DNA of 64,000 bases from Clostridia bacterium (GCA_017462605.1 JAFTQV010000071.1:15336-79335), one strand, 5' to 3'. Positions 1 to 9,406 are shown, numbered from the stretch's first letter. The notes: a model not told the origin generated them from the sequence alone. Numbers and translations are program-made.

Positions 1-713
1 TCCTTTCTCATACCGATAAGGCGAGCGAAAGTAAGGTCAAGGAAGCAGTTGCTCTTATCAGAGAGCTTAATCCCGATGCGGTGATCATAACCACTCCTGC
101 GGATAAGCTTTCGGGAGAGGAAATACTTAATGCTATGGAGAGAAAGGATACCCTTGCGGAAGCTCTCGCAAAGCTTGAATCCGAGCTTCATCACCATAAG
201 CATCATCACCACGATCATGACGAGGACTGCGACTGCGGTTGCCATGATCACGAGCATCATCACCACCACGACCATGACGAGGACTGCGACTGCGGCTGCC
301 ACGATCACGAGCATCACCACCACCACGATCATGACGAGGACTGTGACTGCGGTTGCCACGATCACGAGCATCATCACCACCACGATCACGACGAGGACTG
401 CGACTGCGGCTGCCACGGTCATCATCACCATGCAGACGAGGTATTCACCAGCGTCGGAGCAGAGACCACCAAAAAATATACCAAGTCTGAGATCGAAGAT
501 ATCCTTTCCGAGTTTGACGAGGGCGGAGATCTCGGAACTGTGCTTCGTGCCAAGGGTATCGTAGAGGGTCAGGACGGAAAGTGGATACACTTTGATTATA
601 CCCCCGGAGATATAGACGTAAGAGACGGATCTGCGGGAGTTATCGGCAGACTTTGTGTCATTGGCGCAGGTATTGACGGCGCAAGGATCAAAGAGCTTTT
701 TGGCGTAAACTAA
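1..713 (+). CDS. COG0523/CobW-family metallochaperone GTPase, C-terminal part (5' end lies outside the window) with a long His/Asp/Cys-rich insert
   Basis: The frame of the 81..713 ORF stays open back to nt 3 (LSHTDKASESKVKEAVALIRELNPDAVIITT), which looks like the end of a CobW G-domain. A poly-His/Cys linker follows, then a CobW_C-like segment (VLRAKGIV...WIHFDYTPG...GRLCVIG). Confidence 0.8.
   Translation, partial: LSHTDKASESKVKEAVALIRELNPDAVIITTPADKLSGEEILNAMERKDTLAEALAKLESELHHHKHHHHDHDEDCDCGCHDHEHHHHHDHDEDCDCGCHDHEHHHHHDHDEDCDCGCHDHEHHHHHDHDEDCDCGCHGHHHHADEVFTSVGAETTKKYTKSEIEDILSEFDEGGDLGTVLRAKGIVEGQDGKWIHFDYTPGDIDVRDGSAGVIGRLCVIGAGIDGARIKELFGVN
213..434 (+). repeat. 57-bp tandem repeat, 3 full copies plus a diverged 4th, encoding DHDEDCDCGCHDHEHHHHH
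   Basis: Copies lie at 213-269, 270-326, 327-383 and 384-~434. Copies 1-3 differ only at synonymous third positions (gat/gac, ggt/ggc, cat/cac, tgc/tgt). Confidence 0.95.
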
Positions 714-723
714 GGAGATAATA

Positions 724-1662
724 ATGGATATTCCGATTTATTTGTTTACCGGCTTTCTTGAAGCGGGTAAGACAAGCTTTATAAAGGAAACGATGAACGA
801 TGAGAACTTCAACGATAAGAAGAGGAAATATCTCATAATTCAGTGCGAGGAAGGAGAAGAGGAGCTTCTTCCTGAGGATTTTGGGGATAACGTATCCGTA
901 TGTCGCTTTGAGCGCGAGGACGATATAGTAGCGGAAAGGCTCATCGCAAGGCAGAAGAGAGCAAAGGCAGACGTTATAATCATAGAGTACAACGGTATGT
1001 GGACTCTCGATAAGCTTTATAATGCGCTTCCCGATAACTTCCTCGTCTATCAGGAGATCCTCGTTGCCGATTCGACAACTATCGGCGCATATAACGCAAA
1101 TATGCGTCAGCTTGTAGTTGATAAGCTGACTAGCTGCGAGATGGCAGTCTTCAACAGAGTGACGGAGTCTACGGATAAAATGGCTCTTCACAAGCTTGTA
1201 AGAGGCGTCAGCCGCAAGGCGAATATCTGCTATGAGAGTGTGGATGGGGAGATAGAATTTGACGATATTCAGGATCCGCTTCCTTTTGATATCAACGCTC
1301 CCGTTATCAATATCGAGGACGATGATTTTGCGATATTCTACCGTGACATGACGGAGGAATTCCCGAAATACAACGGTAAGACCGTGCGCTTCAAGGGAAT
1401 AGTCGCAACCGATTCAAAGCTCCCGAGATCCTCATTTGCGATAGGCAGGCATATAATGACCTGCTGCGAGGCTGATATAGCATACAGAGGCGTTGTTGCA
1501 AACGGTATGGGTCAGCTTAAATTAAAGACCCGCGATTGGGTTATCGTTGAGGGAACTCTCAGCGAGGAGTATTCCGATCTTTATCAAGGAGAGGGACCTG
1601 TACTTACCGTCAAAAAAATTGAAAGAGCGGAGAAGCCGAAGGTCGAGGTAGCGACGTTCTGA
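724..1662 (+). CDS. CobW-like nucleotide-binding domain protein with a C-terminal CCxxD (DUF1980-like) domain
   Basis: Walker A GFLEAGKTS sits at the N-terminus. 'IIIEYNGMW' resembles the CobW switch region. The C-terminus 'FKGIV...IGRHIMTCCEADIAY...WVIVEGTL' resembles the DUF1980/TIGR03943 C-domain. An RBS GGAG lies upstream and the gene starts 10 nt after the previous stop. Confidence 0.65.
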   Translation: MDIPIYLFTGFLEAGKTSFIKETMNDENFNDKKRKYLIIQCEEGEEELLPEDFGDNVSVCRFEREDDIVAERLIARQKRAKADVIIIEYNGMWTLDKLYNALPDNFLVYQEILVADSTTIGAYNANMRQLVVDKLTSCEMAVFNRVTESTDKMALHKLVRGVSRKANICYESVDGEIEFDDIQDPLPFDINAPVINIEDDDFAIFYRDMTEEFPKYNGKTVRFKGIVATDSKLPRSSFAIGRHIMTCCEADIAYRGVVANGMGQLKLKTRDWVIVEGTLSEEYSDLYQGEGPVLTVKKIERAEKPKVEVATF

Positions 1663-1678
1663 TTTGCAAAAAAAATAA

Positions 1679-1740
1679 AGCGATTGATTTTCTTAGTCTT
1701 ATGAAGACACCTGAAAGAAAAATCGATCGCTTTTTGTTTT
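1679..1740. terminator. bidirectional intrinsic terminator between convergent genes
   Basis: Long hairpin agcgattgatttt/gaaaaatcgatcgct, flanked by an A-run upstream and tttttgtttt downstream. Confidence 0.7.
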
Positions 1741-1764
1741 ATATGAGAATAATTGTAGTCAATA

Positions 1765-2625
1765 TCAACTGTTTTGCAATAAGATCTTATATAGATCGGA
1801 TTTTGAAATACCTCTATCCTTGGCTGCTGATTTTATCGCATCCATTCGCTTTTGACCCATTGCTTCATAGAGCTTAACATGCTCTTCGGGATCCGCGGGG
1901 AATGTAGCCTCCTCGCTTGTTGCTTCTCCCGCACCTTCAACTATGAGAACGTATTCTCCTCTCGGCTCTTTTTCCGAATACATCTCGCAAGCCTTACCGA
2001 GATCAACTCTGATAACCTCTTCGTTAAGCTTTGTCAGCTCCCTGCAAAGAGATATTCTTCTTTCGCTTCCGAATGCTTCTTTCATGTCGCAAAGGGTAGC
2101 GAGAAGCTTGTGCGGAGCTTCGTAGAAAATAATCGTCCTCGTTTCATTTATAAGGCTTGAAAGAGCCTTTTTTCTTTGAGTCTTATTTGCGGGGAGAAAT
2201 CCCTCAAATACGAATTTTGAGGTAGAGAGCGCCGAGAGCGCAAGAGCCGATACCGCAGCGCAAGCTCCGGGTACAACGGCGACCCTGACTCCCGCATTAG
2301 AGCAAAGCCTGACAAGGTCCTCTCCCGGGTCGCTTATCGCAGGCATACCCGCATCAGTGATAAGAGCGCAGCTTTCTCCCGAAAGAAGCCTTGCGACTAT
2401 TCTTTCGCCTGCGGCAGCCTTATTATGCTCATGGTAGCTTACAAGCTCGTTTTTGATACCGAGGCAGGTCAGAAGCTTCAGCGAGTTTCTCGTATCCTCG
2501 GCGGCAATAAAATCGACCTCTGTAAGAACCTTTACCGCGCGCTCGGTTATATCTGCGAGATTTCCGATGGGTGTCGCAACGAGATATAGGGTTGCTCCCA
2601 CTGTCTTGTTTTTTTCACTGTTCAT
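1765..2625 (-). CDS. rsmI: 16S rRNA (cytidine1402-2'-O)-methyltransferase
   Basis: The N-terminal 'TLYLVATPIGNLADITERA' and tetrapyrrole-methylase-fold motifs are typical of RsmI/YabC. The gene sits in conserved synteny with holB-ricT-yabB. Confidence 0.9.
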   Translation of the reverse strand: MNSEKNKTVGATLYLVATPIGNLADITERAVKVLTEVDFIAAEDTRNSLKLLTCLGIKNELVSYHEHNKAAAGERIVARLLSGESCALITDAGMPAISDPGEDLVRLCSNAGVRVAVVPGACAAVSALALSALSTSKFVFEGFLPANKTQRKKALSSLINETRTIIFYEAPHKLLATLCDMKEAFGSERRISLCRELTKLNEEVIRVDLGKACEMYSEKEPRGEYVLIVEGAGEATSEEATFPADPEEHVKLYEAMGQKRMDAIKSAAKDRGISKSDLYKILLQNS

Positions 2626-2628
2626 ATC

Positions 2629-3384
2629 TTATTTTCCTTTGAATTTTTCGGGAAAGCTTCCGTTTTCCATAATATAATTCATATCGTCTGTGTATTCAAG
2701 ATGCTCGCGGTCGCGATAGATAAGAAGAGGCGCTGTCATACGAAGCCCTTCCTTGCCGCCAAGCTTACCGGATATAAGAAGCATTTTCGGTATACTGTCC
2801 TTATCCGCGTGAACGAAGGTCATTCTCTTAGGCTCGATATTAGCCGATCTCATAGCAGAGATCAGATCTGTAAGCCTGTCCGGGCGAAAGACCGCGATAA
2901 AATCACCGCCGAAGCGGAGCGATCTTTTCGCGCATTCGAGAAAATCGTATATACCGCCCATGATCTCATGGCGGGCAACGTTTTTGGCATCGGTACGGTT
3001 CGAATATCCGCTGTCAGATTTCATATAAGGCGGATTGGAGTATACAGTATCGAATATTGCGCCTCTATTAAAGGTGCGAACATCGGCTTCAAGAGCTTCA
3101 AGCTTGTCTGAAAGCGAATTCAGCTCGGCGTTTCTTACTGTAAGGGAAGCATACTCAGGCTGAACATCGATCGCCACTGCCTTTGAAAGCTTACCCCGTG
3201 TGAGCATAAGCATAGATATAATACCGCTTCCCGAGCCAAGCTCAAGCCCGAATTTTCCTTTGTGATCCGAATATGCGGCGAGCAAAAGCGCGTCCGTGCC
3301 GAAAACAAGACCGTTCGGCTTTTGAATAAGACTTATTGAATCGTTGACCTCATCGATCCTTTCGTTTTCAAAAAGCTCTGTCAT
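2629..3384 (-). CDS. SAM-dependent methyltransferase, YabB/TrmN6 (tRNA m6A37)-like
   Basis: SAM-binding motif 'LELGSGSGI' and the N6-adenine methyltransferase motif 'NPPY' are present. The position upstream of rsmI matches Bacillus yabB. Confidence 0.8.
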   Translation of the reverse strand: MTELFENERIDEVNDSISLIQKPNGLVFGTDALLLAAYSDHKGKFGLELGSGSGIISMLMLTRGKLSKAVAIDVQPEYASLTVRNAELNSLSDKLEALEADVRTFNRGAIFDTVYSNPPYMKSDSGYSNRTDAKNVARHEIMGGIYDFLECAKRSLRFGGDFIAVFRPDRLTDLISAMRSANIEPKRMTFVHADKDSIPKMLLISGKLGGKEGLRMTAPLLIYRDREHLEYTDDMNYIMENGSFPEKFKGK

Positions 3385-3403
3385 ATCAATCTCCCCAAAT
3401 AAA

Positions 3404-3433
3404 ATGGGTTGAGCAGAAATCGGCTCAACCCAT
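3404..3433 (-). terminator. intrinsic terminator after the ferredoxin gene
   Basis: Stem atgggttgagc/gctcaacccat followed (minus strand) by ttttatttgg. Confidence 0.75.
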
Positions 3434-3465
3434 AAAAGTGCAATTTACCCTGCGTTATGTAGGAA

Positions 3466-3636
3466 TTATTCCTCAGCGGGAGCTCCTACGGGGCAAGCAT
3501 CTGCGCAAGAACCGCAGCTAATGCAGTCGTCAGCGTTGATAACGTACTTGTCATCACCCTCAGCGATGCAGCCTACGGGGCAAGCATCTGCGCAAGCGCC
3601 GCAAGAAATGCAATCATCGGAAATCTTGTATGCCAT
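3466..3636 (-). CDS. 2x[4Fe-4S] ferredoxin (56 aa)
   Basis: Two CxxCxxCxxxCP motifs (CISCGACADACP, CISCGSCADACP). The start was moved to the ATG at 3636 (MAYKISDD), which has GGAGG upstream. Confidence 0.9.
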   Translation of the reverse strand: MAYKISDDCISCGACADACPVGCIAEGDDKYVINADDCISCGSCADACPVGAPAEE

Positions 3637-3770
3637 ACTGTAATACCTCCATATTAGTTTGCTAAGTCTATTGTAGCACAAATCAGAAAAAAATCAAGTG
3701 CTTTTTTAAAAAAATAATCTGAAAGACTAAAAAAACGCTAAAACCCATTATCAAATGGAAAATATTGCTA

Positions 3771-4679
3771 TTAATCAACGGGTATATCGCTCTCATCGTC
3801 ATCGTTTTGCTTTGTATTTTGCCTCTTTGGAACCTTAATTATCTTAACGTTCTTTATTTTATAAAATTTAGGCATATCCTTATCGTTATCATTAAGCTTG
3901 ACTCGGATCTCTTCGGCAAGCGGCTTGGTCTCGATAACGGTGCCCTCGCCGTCTTCGGTCTTAACTATGCTTCCAACGGGAGGAGTTACCCTGATCGCGG
4001 CCTCGTAAGTATCATGCTCGTAGCGCAGGCAGCACATAAGTCTTCCGCATGCGCCCGAAACCTTTGCTGAATTCAAGGAGAAGTTTTGCTCCTTAGCCAT
4101 TTTTATGCTCACCTGGACGAAATCGGTAAGGAATCCCGAGCAGCAATATTTTCTGCCGCAAATCCCGAGACCGCCCATAAGCTTTGCCGCATCTCTTATA
4201 CCTATCTGGCGCAGCTCGATACGCGTGCGGAAGGTAGAGGCGAGATCCTTGACAAGCTCTCTGAAATCAACTCTCGATTCGCAGGTAAAGTAGAATATGA
4301 GCTTTGAATTATCAAAGGTGTACTCAACCGAAACGAGTCTCATTCCAAGTCCGTGAGATGCAATCTTTTTCTTGCAGATGAGAGCGGCGTCAAGCTCCAT
4401 CTCTCTGTTTTTCGCGTCTCTTGCCAGATCGTCCTTGGTCGCAACTCTTGTGACGACCTTGAGCGCGGAGACGACCTCCTTTGCGGGGACCTTTTTATTG
4501 GCAATTTTGACAGTACCCATCTCGGTGCCTCTTGCCGTATCAACGATCACCCTCTGCCCCACTGAAAGCTTAAGCTTTCCCGGAGCAAAATAATATATTT
4601 TTCCCGCATCTCTGAAGCTGATACCAACGATCTCGACCTCATCGGCGCGGATCTCTTCTATATTTTCCTTGTTCTCCAT
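3771..4679 (-). CDS. ricT: PSP1-domain protein RicT/YaaT
   Basis: PSP1 C-terminal domain signature (GICGRKYCCSGFL...CGRLMCCLRYE). The gene lies immediately downstream of holB, as in Bacillus. Confidence 0.9.
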   Translation of the reverse strand: MENKENIEEIRADEVEIVGISFRDAGKIYYFAPGKLKLSVGQRVIVDTARGTEMGTVKIANKKVPAKEVVSALKVVTRVATKDDLARDAKNREMELDAALICKKKIASHGLGMRLVSVEYTFDNSKLIFYFTCESRVDFRELVKDLASTFRTRIELRQIGIRDAAKLMGGLGICGRKYCCSGFLTDFVQVSIKMAKEQNFSLNSAKVSGACGRLMCCLRYEHDTYEAAIRVTPPVGSIVKTEDGEGTVIETKPLAEEIRVKLNDNDKDMPKFYKIKNVKIIKVPKRQNTKQNDDDESDIPVD

Positions 4680-4697
4680 TATGGACCTCCGTAATAA

Positions 4698-5729
4698 TTA
4701 GGCTTCCCTGATCTTCAGGGCAATATCTGTAAGCAAAGGAGCGATCAGAACGTTCTTATCAAGATCCGCAAGTGCGGAGTTGATAACCTCGAATATCGAA
4801 ACTATGCGCCTTGCTCCAAGTCCCGTCAATGCGCCCTCGCAAGCTTCGAGCGAGGTAAAAAAAGACGGTGTGAATTCTCCCGATACCTTATAGGTTAGCA
4901 TATCGCGAAGAGCGGTAACAAGAAGCTCAAGCGTTCTTCTCAGCTCGTCGCGCTTTTGCGGTAAAGCCGCTACCGCCGAATAAAGAGCTGAAAACGATAC
5001 CTTCTTGGGCATTACGGATACGATCGACATGACCGAAGCTCTCAGCGCCTCTGCATCGCTCTCGTCGCCTCCGAGGTGGGAGAGCGCTTTACCGATAATT
5101 CCGTTTGAGGAAAGAAGTATGCCGCGAAGCTTTTCGGGATCGGCAGCCGCCATTGATCTCGCTTCAGGCGATAACGAAAGAACGTGGCGGTGAAGCTCAT
5201 CGGCAGTAAATATCTCGGTGGAAAAGCTTTGAGCGCGGCTTTTTATAGTTGTAAGAAGCTTGTCCGCCTCTTTGCATATCAAAATAATATAAACGTTTTT
5301 CGGCGGCTCCTCGAGGACCTTAAGCAAAGCGTTCTGAGCCGCAGGGGTCATAGCATCCGCGTCCTCAATGATATAGCATTTGCATTCCGACTCGGTTGCC
5401 GAGAGAAACATATCCTCTCGGAAAGCACGAAGCTCGTCTACTCCGATCGTCGATTTGCCGACCTCGCGCTTAAGATACGATACGTCGGGAAAAGCTCCGG
5501 ACGCTATCCTTTTGCATCGGCTGCATGCTCCGCAGGGGAGTGGAAAGCTTTCCGATAAGCGATTTTCGCAGTTAAGGGCAGAGACCGTCTCAAGAGCAAG
5601 CGTATGCTTTCCCGATCCTTCGGGACCGACTATTATCATGGCGTGGGGAAGAGACGAAGAAATTATAAGAGAAGAGAGTCTTTTAGTGATCTCGGCGTTG
5701 CCGAAAAGCCTTGGAAATGTATTCCTCAT
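4698..5729 (-). CDS. holB: DNA polymerase III subunit delta'
   Basis: AAA+ clamp-loader motifs 'GPEGSGKHTLA', the zinc module 'CGACSRCKRI' and 'NALLKVLEEPP'. Confidence 0.9.
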   Translation of the reverse strand: MRNTFPRLFGNAEITKRLSSLIISSSLPHAMIIVGPEGSGKHTLALETVSALNCENRLSESFPLPCGACSRCKRIASGAFPDVSYLKREVGKSTIGVDELRAFREDMFLSATESECKCYIIEDADAMTPAAQNALLKVLEEPPKNVYIILICKEADKLLTTIKSRAQSFSTEIFTADELHRHVLSLSPEARSMAAADPEKLRGILLSSNGIIGKALSHLGGDESDAEALRASVMSIVSVMPKKVSFSALYSAVAALPQKRDELRRTLELLVTALRDMLTYKVSGEFTPSFFTSLEACEGALTGLGARRIVSIFEVINSALADLDKNVLIAPLLTDIALKIREA

Positions 5730-5834
5730 CGCGTCCTCCTTTTGCCTGTGATCTGCTACGAGTTATATTATAGCAAGAATTTTTACGAATGTCAATATTT
5801 TTAAATTTGTTAACAATTTTAAATATTATAAATA

Positions 5835-5863
5835 TTGACAAGAAATAGCGGTTGTGCTATACT
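5835..5863 (+). promoter_or_regulatory. sigma-A type promoter
   Basis: TTGACA (5835-5840), 17 nt, TATACT (5858-5863), about 33 nt upstream of the ATG at 5896. Confidence 0.7.
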
Positions 5864-5895
5864 TACCCTATAGTATAAGACACTTGGAGGTAAAT

Positions 5896-6606
5896 ATGCT
5901 TAAAATTGATTCACTTACGAAAAGCTACGGTGAAAAGCGCGCGGTCGACGATCTTACGCTTCATATCGAGAAGGGTGAGATATACGGATTTATAGGTCAT
6001 AACGGAGCAGGTAAAACAACTACGCTTAAATCCTGTGTCGGACTGATAGGATTTGATAGCGGAGAGATATACGTTGACGGCGTATCTATTCGCAAATATC
6101 CCATAGAATGTAAAAAAATGATTGCATATATACCCGATAATCCCGAGCTTTACGACTTCCTGTCGGGTATAAAATATCTTGATTTCATTGCGGGCGTATA
6201 CGGTGTAGGCGAGGAGAAAAACGAGAGGATAAAGGCTCTTTCCGAGGCGTTTGAAATAGCTGATGATCTCGCTTCGCCGATCAGCTCGTATTCGCACGGA
6301 ATGAAGCAGAAGCTCGCGATAATTTCCGCATATCTGCACGATCCTAAGCTCATAATAATGGATGAGCCGTTCGTCGGACTCGATCCTAAGGCGTCGCATA
6401 CTCTCAAGGTCATGATGAGAGAGCATTGCGACAAGGGCGGAGCGATATTTTTCTCGACTCACGTTCTTGACGTAGCCGAAAAGCTTTGCGATAAAATAGC
6501 GATAATCAAAGAGGGCAAGCTCGTCGTTGCGGGAAGGACCGAGGACGTCAAGGGAGACGATTCGCTTGAGGACGTATTCCTTGAGCTGGAGGAAAAAGAT
6601 GATTAG
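5896..6606 (+). CDS. ABC transporter ATP-binding protein
   Basis: Walker A GHNGAGKTT, signature SHGMKQK, Walker B IIMDEP. The start was set at the ATG 5896, preceded by GGAGG; the track start at 5854 lacks an RBS. Confidence 0.9.
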   Translation: MLKIDSLTKSYGEKRAVDDLTLHIEKGEIYGFIGHNGAGKTTTLKSCVGLIGFDSGEIYVDGVSIRKYPIECKKMIAYIPDNPELYDFLSGIKYLDFIAGVYGVGEEKNERIKALSEAFEIADDLASPISSYSHGMKQKLAIISAYLHDPKLIIMDEPFVGLDPKASHTLKVMMREHCDKGGAIFFSTHVLDVAEKLCDKIAIIKEGKLVVAGRTEDVKGDDSLEDVFLELEEKDD

Positions 6607-8230
6607 GCGGCTCGTTGCGATAAGGCTCAGAAACGCCTTTCTGAACTCCATAAGCGGTAAGGATAAAAACGGAAATGCGCGCCCTGCCTCAACAGGCAGA
6701 CTCATTGGCTTTGCATTTCTTTACACCTTCCTTTTCTTCGTATTTTTCGGCATGATATTCACAATGTCTATGCCGATTGCAATGCTGCTTGTTCCGCAGG
6801 GGTCGAGCGATCTTTATTTCGGTATCTTTACGCTCCTTTCACTTACGGTAATATTTATACTGAGTATTTTTGAGACAAAATCGGAGCTTTTTGAATGTAA
6901 GGATAACGAGCTGCTTCTTTCAATGCCGATCAAGACTCGTGATATCATCATAAGCAGGGTGTCGGTGGTCCTCATCTATAATTACATCACCGAAGCTATC
7001 GTGCTTATCCCCGTACTTTTATCGTATATGATCTACGGCGGCTCTCCGATAGGCATCTTCGGAAGCATCGTCCTTTTCGTAACGCTTCCGCTCTTGGCAA
7101 CGGCGCTTGCTTCAGGAGTCGGATATCTCGTTGCGCTCATATCCGCTAAGATAGCAAGATTCAAGACAGCTATCGTAACTGTCCTCTTTACCGTATTTTT
7201 TCTCCTTTATTTCGTAGGTTTAAATTATCTGACCGAAAATATGGACGCAATATTCGAATACGTTGAAGGCAACATTAATGCTATCGCGGACAAATTCTCG
7301 TTTATCGGATTTATCGGTCGGGCATCGCTTCTTGCGCCGTTGCCTCTTGTGATATATCTTGCGATCGCCGCGGCGGCATCTGCTATCTGCGTTTTTCTTA
7401 TTTCCAAAAGCTACTTATCGATAATCACATCATCGAATACCTCTGAGAAGGTCGTATATAAAGAAAAGAAGCTCAAAGCTACGGGAATGCTCACCGCTCT
7501 TGTGAGAAAAGAGCTTGCAAGATTTACGTCATCTGCTACCTATATTCTCAACGGAGCGCTCGGCTACGTTTTCGTACTGATCATTGCCGGAATAATAGTA
7601 TTCAACGGCGGTATACCGATAGATATCGATCCCGAGCTTGCAGGTGATGTTGGAATGGATTTCGAGTTTAGCGGCGAAACTATCGCTCCGTTTGTTATAG
7701 GCGCATTTATATTCTGCTATTCAATGACTCTTATGACCGCGGCATCCGTTTCGATAGAAGGAAAGCATTTCTGGATAGTCAAGAGCCTTCCCATTCCTGC
7801 TAAGACTCTTCTTCTCGCAAAGCTTATTCCGTCTATGCTGATCAGCGTGCCTATCGCTCTCATCACGGGAATAGCATCCGCTATCGCTTCGGGAGTAAGC
7901 TTCATATATCTGTTGCTTTACGTTACCGTACCTATGGCGGCGGCGGTAGCATTCAATTTTATAGGTTTGGTATTCAACTGTCTTTTCCCTAAGTTTACTT
8001 ACCTGAATGAGGCTGAGGTCGTCAAGCAATCGCTCCCGGTATTTTTGACTATGATGGTTAATTTGCTTCTTTCGCTCGGAGCATTCGCCGTGCTTGCGAT
8101 AGGAGCGATCAGTGGCGGCGGAGAAATAGCACTTCTGGCTATACTGTTTCTCTTTATCGTGATATCGGTATCTCTCTATTTCTTGCTAGCAGGTCCTTTA
8201 TCACGAAAGCTTGAGAATATAAACATATAA
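6599..8230 (+). CDS. ABC transporter permease (multi-span, ABC-2-like)
   Basis: About 10-12 hydrophobic segments. The ATG at 6599 overlaps the stop of the ATPase gene (translational coupling). Confidence 0.7.
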   Translation: MIRRLVAIRLRNAFLNSISGKDKNGNARPASTGRLIGFAFLYTFLFFVFFGMIFTMSMPIAMLLVPQGSSDLYFGIFTLLSLTVIFILSIFETKSELFECKDNELLLSMPIKTRDIIISRVSVVLIYNYITEAIVLIPVLLSYMIYGGSPIGIFGSIVLFVTLPLLATALASGVGYLVALISAKIARFKTAIVTVLFTVFFLLYFVGLNYLTENMDAIFEYVEGNINAIADKFSFIGFIGRASLLAPLPLVIYLAIAAAASAICVFLISKSYLSIITSSNTSEKVVYKEKKLKATGMLTALVRKELARFTSSATYILNGALGYVFVLIIAGIIVFNGGIPIDIDPELAGDVGMDFEFSGETIAPFVIGAFIFCYSMTLMTAASVSIEGKHFWIVKSLPIPAKTLLLAKLIPSMLISVPIALITGIASAIASGVSFIYLLLYVTVPMAAAVAFNFIGLVFNCLFPKFTYLNEAEVVKQSLPVFLTMMVNLLLSLGAFAVLAIGAISGGGEIALLAILFLFIVISVSLYFLLAGPLSRKLENINI

Positions 8231-8257
8231 TCCACTATATCACGATCGGAAGAAAAA

Positions 8258-9358
8258 ATGAAGAGATTTAAGGAATTTGTAAACAATTATATACCTAAAT
8301 ACTCAATTATTCTGTTTTTCATATTTCTTACCTCTCTTTTGATTTATATTATAGGATCGCTTTCGGTTCCGTTTGCCGAGTGGGTCACCAATTATCTCGG
8401 TCATCCCATAAGGTGGCTTCTTGCTTCTGTTTCGTCGCTTGTCCCATTTTCCTTAGGCGAGCTTTGCCTTATGCTTTCTCCTTTTTTACTTATTCTTCTT
8501 ATCTGTATCGGAATCAGGAAGAAGGGCAAAGGGCAGCTGCTTCGATTTACGGCATCGGTGCTTTCCGTTGTATCTCTCTTTTATTCGGGCTACGTATTTA
8601 CCCTCGGTATAGGATATCGCAGAACTTCAATTGCCGATAGAATGTCTCTCGAACCCGTCGATATCACTTCCGAGAGCCTTACAGAAGCTCTTGTGATACT
8701 TCGCGATGAATGCGAAAAGCTTCTTCCCAAGGTCACCTATCTCGAAAGCGGGTCGTCTGATCTTACGGGCGACTTCGATGAAATGTGCGAAAGCATAATT
8801 GAGGGTTATTCCGCTCTCGGAGAAGAGTATCCCGAGCTCGGCATTAAAAATTTTGATTCTAAGGCTAAGCCCGTTATTATGAGCAAGCTGATGTCTAAGC
8901 TTGAAATACTCGGTATATATTCCTTTTTCACGGGCGAGTCAAACGTCAACGTTCACTATCCCGACTATAATTTGCCGTTCACGGTAGCGCATGAGTTTGC
9001 GCATCAAAGAGGAATTTCAAGAGAAAATGAGGCGAATTTTGCCGCATTTCTCGTATGCATAAGGTCAAGCGATCCATACGTCAGATATTCAGGGTATATG
9101 AATATGTTCGAATACGTTGCCTCAGCTCTCGGAAAGACGGATAAAGAAGCTTTAAAAACTGTCTATCTCGATACCGATCCGAGAATGATAGGCGAAATGC
9201 GGGCATACAATGAATTCTACTACGCTAATAAAAGCGAATTTCTTTCTAAGCTCTCAGAATTTGTCAACGATAAATATCTTAAGTCGCAGGGCACAGAGGG
9301 AATAATCAGCTACGGACTTGTCGTCAGACTTTGCGTGGCTTACTACTGTAACGAATAA
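8258..9358 (+). CDS. DUF3810-family membrane protein (putative Zn-metallopeptidase fold)
   Basis: N-terminal TM helices, then 'HEFAHQRG...ENEANF', the motif I associate with DUF3810. Confidence 0.7.
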   Translation: MKRFKEFVNNYIPKYSIILFFIFLTSLLIYIIGSLSVPFAEWVTNYLGHPIRWLLASVSSLVPFSLGELCLMLSPFLLILLICIGIRKKGKGQLLRFTASVLSVVSLFYSGYVFTLGIGYRRTSIADRMSLEPVDITSESLTEALVILRDECEKLLPKVTYLESGSSDLTGDFDEMCESIIEGYSALGEEYPELGIKNFDSKAKPVIMSKLMSKLEILGIYSFFTGESNVNVHYPDYNLPFTVAHEFAHQRGISRENEANFAAFLVCIRSSDPYVRYSGYMNMFEYVASALGKTDKEALKTVYLDTDPRMIGEMRAYNEFYYANKSEFLSKLSEFVNDKYLKSQGTEGIISYGLVVRLCVAYYCNE

Positions 9359-9406
9359 AAAGATAAGCGAATAAAATGTAGTATCCTTTATCAGGAGAGG
9401 CATTTT

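Noticed and set aside
130-564. 144-aa alternative-frame ORF across the His-rich repeat (TTTTMTRTATA...)
   Set aside because: It is simply the +1 reading of the 57-bp repeat. The CobW frame is continuous with recognisable flanking domains.
5854-6598. Longer N-terminal extensions offered by the ORF track (5854, 6527, 34079, 56029, 57569, 60601, 47784, 36713, 3681, 62681)
   Set aside because: In each case an internal ATG or TTG preceded by a GGAGG-type RBS gives a canonical N-terminus (signal peptide, Walker motif spacing, overlap coupling). The upstream extensions lack an RBS.
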